DNA of 64,000 nt, taken from Trueperaceae bacterium. GTDB taxonomy: Bacteria; Deinococcota; Deinococci; Deinococcales; Trueperaceae. Within the stretch, counting starts at the first letter, position 1; the number at the start of each line of letters is the position of its first letter. Location: positions 1,056,001-1,120,000 of the forward strand of contig OZ243913.1 of NCBI GenBank assembly GCA_965213705.1. The letters are read 5' to 3'. The notes beneath the pieces were generated by a model, which was not told the origin of the DNA, ran no database searches, and saw only the letters and a program-made list of their open reading frames with translations. Below, piece after piece: positions 57,350-64,000 of this stretch. The position numbers were made by a program, and so were the translations under genes.

Positions 57350-58486
57350 CTACCCCTTCACCGCCCCCTGCGTCAGCCCCGACACGATTTGTTTTTGGAA
57401 AAACAGCACGAGTAAAAACAGCGGGAAGGTGATGCTCGCGGCGGCGGCGATGGCCTCGAGCTGGTCGGTGAGCGTCGTCTCGCGGTTGAAGTAGGCGATA
57501 ATCGCCGGGACCATCGTCCGGGTTTCGCCGTCTAGGAGCAGCGCCGACACGAGGTAGTCGTTGTAGGCGAGCATGAACGAGAACAGCCCCGTGGTGATGA
57601 CGCCCGGCCACATGATGGGCATGATGACGTTCCAAAACGCCTGCAGGCGGTTGCAGCCGTCGACCAGGGCAGCCTCGTCGAGCGCGGCGGGGATGTTCAT
57701 AAAAAACGAGCGCAGCATCCAAATGGTAAAGGGCTGGTTGATAGCGACCAGCACGATGATAACCGCGAAGCGCTTGCCGTACAGGCCCCACTCGATAAAA
57801 GACGGTAAGTAGCCGGTAACGAGGGTGGAGTGCGGCAGCGCCCGGAACACCAGGGCGGCAATGAGTAGCCAAAACGCCCACGGCGTGCGGGTGCGCGCGA
57901 GGCCGTAAGCCGCCAAGGTGCCGATGGTCAAAGAAATGGTCACGACGCCGACGGTGACGAACATGGTGTTCAAAAACTGTTTGTAAAAGCCGTTGACGAA
58001 CCACACTTCCCGGTAGTGCTGGGTCGTCAGGCCCATGACAGGGTCGACGAGGTTGTGCAGCAACGGCACGCTTCCCAAGAGGGTGCGAAACAAGCCGGAC
58101 AGCAAGGGAATCACCACGACGAAGCTGAGCGCGGCGACGACGAGAAAGCCCAAGTAAACCCCCACCACGGTCCAGGGACGGGTGCCCGACCGGGCGGTGC
58201 TGAAGCGTTCCAAGAGCGCTTCGCGGTTGGCAAAAGCGCTCAGGAGCAAGTAAGCCGTCACCAGCGCGAGGACGACCGCGATGACCGAAACGCCGCCCGC
58301 GACCCGGTTGGTGCTGGGACCGAAGACAACGACGAAAGGATTCGGGTCGAAGGCGTCCAGCGGCAACTTAAAAGACATGACGAGCAGCCACAGCAGCGGA
58401 AACGTCGCAACGACGACCCACACGCCGATAATGAGCCAGGTGGCGACGCGCAGGTTGAGCGGCAGTCGGAACAGTTTGTTGTCCAT
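57350..58486 (-). CDS. Carbohydrate ABC transporter permease
   Basis: FFMNIP..LDEAALVDG EAA motif, MWPG..TTGLFSF. Confidence 0.9.
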   Translation of the reverse strand: MDNKLFRLPLNLRVATWLIIGVWVVVATFPLLWLLVMSFKLPLDAFDPNPFVVVFGPSTNRVAGGVSVIAVVLALVTAYLLLSAFANREALLERFSTARSGTRPWTVVGVYLGFLVVAALSFVVVIPLLSGLFRTLLGSVPLLHNLVDPVMGLTTQHYREVWFVNGFYKQFLNTMFVTVGVVTISLTIGTLAAYGLARTRTPWAFWLLIAALVFRALPHSTLVTGYLPSFIEWGLYGKRFAVIIVLVAINQPFTIWMLRSFFMNIPAALDEAALVDGCNRLQAFWNVIMPIMWPGVITTGLFSFMLAYNDYLVSALLLDGETRTMVPAIIAYFNRETTLTDQLEAIAAAASITFPLFLLVLFFQKQIVSGLTQGAVKG

Positions 58487-58490
58487 CACG

Positions 58491-59504
58491 TCACCCCTCG
58501 TTCTGTTCTTTCCAGGTGTTGCGTAGCGGCGCAACCAGCAACAAGACGATGCCGACCATGATGAGAATGGCCGAGGCCGAAGCCCGCCCGATAGAGCGGT
58601 TGCCGGTGTCGTCGGGGGTCAAAAAGTCAAAGGTGAGCCACTGGAGCGAAATGCGAAACGCCTCGGCCCGGAAGCCGATAATCTCGTCGAAGACGCGGTA
58701 GGTGTCCATCAGGTGAATGAGCGACACGAAGACGATTAAAGGCATAAGGTGCGGGAGGATGACGCTGCGGATGATGTTGCGGCGGTTTGCGCCGTCGATG
58801 CGGGCCGCCTCTATTTGCTCACCCTGGACGGTTTGCAGGGCTGCGTAGAAAATAACGAAGGCAAAAGGCGCGACGTGCCAAACGCGGTAGAAGTACATCA
58901 GCAGTTCGATGGTCCAGCCTTGGGCGAACATGGCGATGTTCTGGCCGGTCAAGCGCTCGAGCTGCGCCGTGACAATCCCGTCGCCGATAAACAGCCACCT
59001 GATAGAGAGCGCCCCGATGACCGGCGTGATGATAAAGGGCAGCAGCGTGACGAAAATAACGGGTCCGCGCAGGCTTCTGGCAATCGCGTTGACCGTAAAC
59101 GCCAGCAGCAAACCCACCCCGATGACGAGCGGGAGGGTGAGCAGCGTAAACATCAGGGTAAAGCGCAACGCGCCCCAAAAGGCGATGTTGGTGAGGCCCG
59201 ACCAGCCCCGGCCCTCCTCGGACAGGGCCGCGCGCACCTTGTCGAACTCTAAAAGCGTCCGGTAGTTTTCCCAACCCACCCAACTCGTCGTCGTGATGGG
59301 CCGACCGTCGTCGCCCAACTTGGGCACTTGCCGGGTGGTCGTGGTGCAGTTGAAGGGGGTGCAGTTTTCTTGTTCGACGGTTTCGAAGACGTTTTGGGTG
59401 CGCTGAAAGCTCTGCAGCACGACTAAAACGAGGGGCACCGCGATGAAGAGCACCATCAGGACGAGCGACGGCCCCACGAACATGAGAAAGGGTTTGGTTT
59501 TCAT
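58491..59504 (-). CDS. Carbohydrate ABC transporter permease
   Basis: WVGWENY, IEAARIDGA, LPHL.P. Confidence 0.9.
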   Translation of the reverse strand: MKTKPFLMFVGPSLVLMVLFIAVPLVLVVLQSFQRTQNVFETVEQENCTPFNCTTTTRQVPKLGDDGRPITTTSWVGWENYRTLLEFDKVRAALSEEGRGWSGLTNIAFWGALRFTLMFTLLTLPLVIGVGLLLAFTVNAIARSLRGPVIFVTLLPFIITPVIGALSIRWLFIGDGIVTAQLERLTGQNIAMFAQGWTIELLMYFYRVWHVAPFAFVIFYAALQTVQGEQIEAARIDGANRRNIIRSVILPHLMPLIVFVSLIHLMDTYRVFDEIIGFRAEAFRISLQWLTFDFLTPDDTGNRSIGRASASAILIMVGIVLLLVAPLRNTWKEQNEG

Positions 59505-59541
59505 ACACCTCCCGAGGGCCCCCCGGCGTGAGCGCCGCTTG

Positions 59542-59678
59542 ATACGGATTCCGATACTGACGGATTGCGATACTGCGCTGAACAGATTCGGAAGAGGTTT
59601 TTGCGCTCCTTTTCAACGTCCGTATTTTTTCTCGTTCCGCTCGGGTTCGTTCCCAAAAGAATCAACCGGAAACGGTAT
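59542..59678 (+). repeat. Deinococcus-type small intergenic repeat / MITE-like element, copy 3
   Basis: ATACGGATTCCG...GTCCGTATTTTTTCTCGTTCCGCTCGGG...GAATCAACCGGAAACGGTAT (imperfect terminal IRs). Confidence 0.75.
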
Positions 59679-59711
59679 AAAAAGTCAGGAACCGTGCGCA
59701 CGGTTCCTGAC
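59679..59711 (-). terminator. Intrinsic terminator/attenuator between SBP and permeases
   Basis: GTCAGGAACCGTGCGCACGGTTCCTGAC followed by TTTTT on minus. Confidence 0.8.
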
Positions 59712-59730
59712 GGGTCGGCCTCAGTTCACG

Positions 59731-60945
59731 TTACTGGATAAAGCCGGATTCTCGAGCGGCCGCGTTGAACTCCGCTTCGATGTCGGCCAGGGTCTGCTCG
59801 GCGGTTTCGGCACCGGTTAAAAAGTCGGCGACGTTGTTGCCCGCGGCCGTGTGCATCAGCCCGACGAGGTTCGAGGCCGGGTAAGAGGGTGCGCCCGCTT
59901 CCGCCGAGGCCATAGCGCCCTTGGCGATACGGGACTCGATGGGTTGGTTGGTGAGCCAAATGGCCGCGTCCGGGTGCTGGGACAAGTTGTCGTAGCTGAT
60001 GCCCTCTAAAAACAGCTGGAAGGCCGCCGCCGCTTCTTCGTCCGAGACGTTTGAAGCGATGGTCGCGCCGTCCCACCACAAGGTGGTCGCGGGCGGCCCG
60101 CCCGCCACGGCGGCGGGGGCGGCGGCGTAGTCGATAAGACCGACGACCTCGGACTCTTCGGGGTTGTCCATCGCGCCCGCTCGAGAGGCCCACAGGTTCG
60201 CCATCGCGATTTGACCCTGCTGGAACTGTTGCTGAACGTAGGTAGAGTCGGCGGCCAAGTATTCGGGGTCCATGTACTGGGTCAGGGCTTTGAGCATCTC
60301 CAGCGTCGCCACGCCCTGCTCGTTGTTGACGGCGGCGGTGCTGTCCTCGTTGAAAAACGTGCCGCCGAAGCCCAAGTACATGTTGATGAACTCTTCACCC
60401 AGGTTGAAGCCTGCCGCGAAGGTACCGCCCAAGGGATAGTCGACCACGCCCGCGTCTTGAATCGCCTGGGCGACCGTCAAGACCTCGTCGTAGGTGGTGG
60501 GCACTTCCAGGCCCAACTCTTCGAAAATGTCGCTGCGGTACATCAGGTGTTGCGCGTTGATCATCATGGCAATCGCCATCGTTTTGCCGTCTACTTTGAT
60601 GAGTTGGTTGGGCGCTAGGTCTTGACCGTACTCGGCGACGAGGTCGTCGAGCGGACGCACCAGGTTGTCGTTGAGGAGTGGCACGAGCGTCGCGTTGGCG
60701 ACCCCGCCGATGGTGTACTGCGAGGGGTCGGCGGACATCGCTGCGGCCTGTTTTTCGCGAAACTCCTGGTCGAGTTCGGGTTTGAAGTCGCCGCACTCGG
60801 CCATGCGGTCGGTGACGACCTTCCAGGCCTCGAACCCGGCCGACAGTGAGGTGACGGGCACCTCGTTTTGAAAGCTGCACTGCGCCCAAGCCGTACTGGA
60901 CGCGAGCAAGACCAACCCTAGGACAGTGAAAAGTATTCGCTTCAT
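59731..60945 (-). CDS. Carbohydrate-type ABC transporter substrate-binding protein
   Basis: Signal peptide, RPLDDL, LMYRSDIFEELGLEVPTTYDE. Confidence 0.9.
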   Translation of the reverse strand: MKRILFTVLGLVLLASSTAWAQCSFQNEVPVTSLSAGFEAWKVVTDRMAECGDFKPELDQEFREKQAAAMSADPSQYTIGGVANATLVPLLNDNLVRPLDDLVAEYGQDLAPNQLIKVDGKTMAIAMMINAQHLMYRSDIFEELGLEVPTTYDEVLTVAQAIQDAGVVDYPLGGTFAAGFNLGEEFINMYLGFGGTFFNEDSTAAVNNEQGVATLEMLKALTQYMDPEYLAADSTYVQQQFQQGQIAMANLWASRAGAMDNPEESEVVGLIDYAAAPAAVAGGPPATTLWWDGATIASNVSDEEAAAAFQLFLEGISYDNLSQHPDAAIWLTNQPIESRIAKGAMASAEAGAPSYPASNLVGLMHTAAGNNVADFLTGAETAEQTLADIEAEFNAAARESGFIQ

Positions 60946-61317
60946 ACCCGTCTCCCTTAAAAAGTGAATTGTCGCCGACGCCTCGGTACGTTTCTACAAA
61001 AGGGCCTTCAAAGCTTTTTGAAAAGCGACCCCCAAAGGTGTTTAAAAGCGTTTGGCGACTTGCCGCTACACCTTACCGTAAAGCCAGTTCGAGTTTCAAC
61101 TGGGTAAAAGCTGCGGAGTTGCGTTCCGAGGTCGTTTTCGGGTCTGTTGTAAGACGCTGAGCCTCGAGCCGCCGTAACCTCTTGCCGATTCCCCAACCGT
61201 CTTGCATTTCGCGCTCCCCCTCGTTATAACTGCGCTTGACGAACCAGAGGTGCAGGGTGCGGGGCCGCTCGGCTCGAGCAACCGCCCTCCTCTCAACCAA
61301 AAGGAGCAGTGACGACC

Positions 61318-61797
61318 ATGAGCGACCGAGCAGCGCAAAACTTGAACCTCGTCGACAGACTGTACGCGGCTATCGACAAAAACGAGGTCGGCGTGATGGA
61401 GGAGTTTTGGACCGAGGACATGGTCTGGCGCGGCCCGGCGGGGCTGGGCACGCAGCGCGGCGTCGCGGCGTTCGAGCAAAACGTGCGCGCCCCGTTCATC
61501 AAAGCTTTTCCCGACAAAGAGGGCGTGGACGAGGTGCGCTTGGCGGCGGGCGAGTTCGTCGCGTCGGCGGGCTACCAGGACACGACTTTTGCCGCAGACT
61601 GGCTCGGCATCCCCGCGACGGGCGAGCGGGTAAGGGTGCGCTACATGGACATCTGGCGCGTCGAAAACGACAAGCTGGCCGAGAACTGGGTGCTCATCGA
61701 CGTGTTGGGTGTGCTCGAGCAAGCGGGCTACGACGTCGAAAAAGTGCTCAGGTTCGTCGGCTCGAAACCGCCCGAATTTTTCGACGACGCAGAGTGA
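61318..61797 (+). CDS. Single-domain SnoaL/ester cyclase protein
   Basis: W.GPAGLG, AFPD, WLGIPATG, MDIWRVENDKLAENWVLID. Confidence 0.87.
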   Translation: MSDRAAQNLNLVDRLYAAIDKNEVGVMEEFWTEDMVWRGPAGLGTQRGVAAFEQNVRAPFIKAFPDKEGVDEVRLAAGEFVASAGYQDTTFAADWLGIPATGERVRVRYMDIWRVENDKLAENWVLIDVLGVLEQAGYDVEKVLRFVGSKPPEFFDDAE

Positions 61798-61839
61798 CTG
61801 AGTAAGGGTGAACCGATTGACGAAAACGGAGGCTGGTGC

Positions 61840-62841
61840 GTGAGCGTTCACGAGGCGAACAAGCAAGTCGTGTGGGACTACGGGCGTGATGTCTGCGGGC
61901 AAGATGTGGGGGCGGCTCGAGGCGACATCCTAGACATCCTCAGCCACTACGTCTTTGAAGACGCCGTTTTCAACATCGCTCATCCCATCAACACCGTGAC
62001 AGGCGTCGCCGCGCTCGCCACCGACTTTTGGGAGCCGTTTTTGCGTGTGTTCAAAAACCTGCACAAGTGCCCATATATATTCATGGCGGGCGCGTCGTTC
62101 GGGTCGGATTGGGTGAGCGCGACCGGCGACTACGTGGCAACTTTTGCCGACGACTGGTTGGGCTTGAAGGCGACGCACACAAATGTGCGGCTGCGCTTCG
62201 GCGAGTTTTACGCTGTTGAGAACGGCAAAATTACCGAAGGTTACCTCATGCTGGACATTCCCGACCTGGCGCGGCAAGCGGGCGTAACGCTGTTCCCACC
62301 GAGTTCGGGCCGCGAGCTGTGGATTCCGGGGCCGCTCGAGGGGGACGGCGTCATGCTGGGTCCGCAAGACGAGACAGAGTCCGCACGAAGTCACGACCTC
62401 GTCGCCGCGATGCTCGCAGGTCTCGACAGTTACGACGAAGCGAACAAAGAAAGCATGGGAATGCCCAAGTATTGGCACGTGGACGCCATGCGCTGGTACG
62501 CCTCGAGCGGCATCGGCTTGAACTTCGGGCTGAAAGAGTTCGAGGACAACCACCAACTCCCCTGGCTGCACGCTTTTCCCGACCGCAAGGGCGACGGCGT
62601 CAGCGTGATGCTGGCCGAGGGGAACTACGTGGGCTACGCGGGCTGGCCCATCACCCACGCGACCCACCGGGGCGACTACTTGGGCGCGGCGGCGACGAAC
62701 CGGAAGGTGAGTATGCGCGGGCTGGACTGGTGGAAGCGCGACGGGGACAAGCTGCTCGAGAACTGGGTCTTCGTCGATTTGCTCGACCTGTTCGCCCAGT
62801 TCGGGCGCGACCCGCTGGCGGCGGCAAGGGCTCGAGAATGA
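61840..62841 (+). CDS. Tandem SnoaL/ester cyclase protein
   Basis: AHPIN, IFMAG, WLGLKAT, AFPDR, LDWWKRDGDKLLENWVFVD. Confidence 0.85.
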   Translation: MSVHEANKQVVWDYGRDVCGQDVGAARGDILDILSHYVFEDAVFNIAHPINTVTGVAALATDFWEPFLRVFKNLHKCPYIFMAGASFGSDWVSATGDYVATFADDWLGLKATHTNVRLRFGEFYAVENGKITEGYLMLDIPDLARQAGVTLFPPSSGRELWIPGPLEGDGVMLGPQDETESARSHDLVAAMLAGLDSYDEANKESMGMPKYWHVDAMRWYASSGIGLNFGLKEFEDNHQLPWLHAFPDRKGDGVSVMLAEGNYVGYAGWPITHATHRGDYLGAAATNRKVSMRGLDWWKRDGDKLLENWVFVDLLDLFAQFGRDPLAAARARE

Positions 62842-62925
62842 GTCCAACTCCCTCGGCTCGAGCGGAGTATGCTTGACTTACCAGCCACACTCGCCAAAAC
62901 GCCCTCGACACCCCAGCGGAGACGA

Positions 62926-63987
62926 ATGAAGGACTCAGATACAGCCGATGTAAAAGACACGCCGACGCTCGAGCACAACCTCACCGAGCTGCGCCGCAAA
63001 GGCGGGTCACCGGAAAAACAATCGTTACGCGGCTTCGAGCCTCAGTACCGCGACATCGTCGAGTACATCGTCCGCATCACCCACCGGATTTGGGAAGAGG
63101 GCGATATGGGCTACATCTATGACACCTACCTCCACAACGTGACGGTCCATACGGGCTACGGCACGGCTTACGGGGTCGAGGAGGTCGTGAGCGGCTCGAT
63201 TGCCTTTTTGGCCGCCCTGCCCGACCGCCGCATGTACGCCGAGGACGTTGTTTGGACCGGCGACGACGCGGAAGGTTTTCACACTTCGCACCTCATTGTG
63301 AACACCGGGACCAACAGCGGTTACAGCCCCTGGGGGCCGCCGACGGGTAAGCGGGTCGGGTTTTTGGCCATCGCCAACTGCTTGGTGCGCGAAAACCGAA
63401 TTGTCGAAGAATGGCTCGTCCGCGATACAAGCGCGCTGCTGCGGGGCCTCGGCTACAGTTTGTGGGACGTGGCGCGGGCGGCGGTAGCCGCACAGCCGCC
63501 GCGAGTTTTCGGCGAGACCGGCCGTCTGCAAGGGCAACACCCGCCCGTTCCCTACCAGCCTCGGCACGACGAGCCTCACGTCGAGGACCTCGTGCGGCGA
63601 CTGTTTCACGAGGTCTGGAACGGGCGGCACTTCAACGTGTTGGGCGAGGTTTACGGGGAGGACGCAACTCTGCACGTGCCCGGCGGGCTCACGCTGCGGG
63701 GCGGGGCGAACGTCCGCGCCTACCACCTCAACTTCGTCGCCATGTTTCCGGACGCCCACCTCAACGTCGAGCACGTTTACTGGCTCGGCAACGAAACCGA
63801 CGGCTACCGCGTGGCGGTGCGCTGGCGCTTCGCGGGCACGCACGCGCGCTACGGGTGGTACGGGCCGCCCACGAACAAGCGTGTGGACGTTTTGGGCATC
63901 AGTCACCTGCACGTCAAAGACGGTAGAGTGACGAAACACTATTTCGTTTTCGACGAGCTGGCGGTCGTGATGCAGCTCGTCGCGTGA
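62926..63987 (+). CDS. Tandem SnoaL/NTF2-like protein
   Basis: YIVRITHRIWEE, EDVVWTG, IVEEWLVRD, AVRWRFAGTH, GPPTNK; GGAG RBS at 62918. Confidence 0.85.
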   Translation: MKDSDTADVKDTPTLEHNLTELRRKGGSPEKQSLRGFEPQYRDIVEYIVRITHRIWEEGDMGYIYDTYLHNVTVHTGYGTAYGVEEVVSGSIAFLAALPDRRMYAEDVVWTGDDAEGFHTSHLIVNTGTNSGYSPWGPPTGKRVGFLAIANCLVRENRIVEEWLVRDTSALLRGLGYSLWDVARAAVAAQPPRVFGETGRLQGQHPPVPYQPRHDEPHVEDLVRRLFHEVWNGRHFNVLGEVYGEDATLHVPGGLTLRGGANVRAYHLNFVAMFPDAHLNVEHVYWLGNETDGYRVAVRWRFAGTHARYGWYGPPTNKRVDVLGISHLHVKDGRVTKHYFVFDELAVVMQLVA

Positions 63988-64000
63988 GGAGAGACATGGC

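Noticed and set aside
56187..63987. Polyketide biosynthetic cluster
   Set aside because: No KS, ACP or AT genes in the window, and the transporter is an importer with an SBP; sequence beyond 64000 is unseen

Overview
GC-rich (roughly 64-65% by eye) bacterial chromosomal segment, most likely from a Deinococcota (Truepera-like) organism. This is inferred from many leaderless TANNNT-N6/7-ATG starts, SlpA-type SLH motifs, a split PntA and Deinococcus-type ATACGGATTCC intergenic repeats. Housekeeping genes: pntAB, alr, cobB, murE, ruvC, glnA, proline dehydrogenase plus P5C dehydrogenase, a Liv-type ABC importer, gpmI, recF with DUF721/DciA, and an acyl-CoA catabolic cluster. The most notable accessory content is as follows. 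(1) An envelope locus (18.4-25.6 kb) with two SLH-like/collagen/Ca-loop proteins, a secreted TPR protein and a three-gene operon encoding an Ig+cohesin-like lipoprotein and a dockerin-bearing degenerate metalloprotease. (2) A cluster of four SnoaL/NTF2 ester-cyclase-like genes around a carbohydrate-type ABC transporter (56-64 kb), pointing to an uncharacterised catabolic pathway. (3) Strong window-wide over-representation of the palindrome GCTCGAGC (HIP-like). (4) A MITE-like repeat family in three intergenic regions. (5) Intact and decayed toxin-antitoxin modules. No rRNA, tRNA, CRISPR array or transposase was recognised. All family calls come from motif recognition by eye, not database searches.
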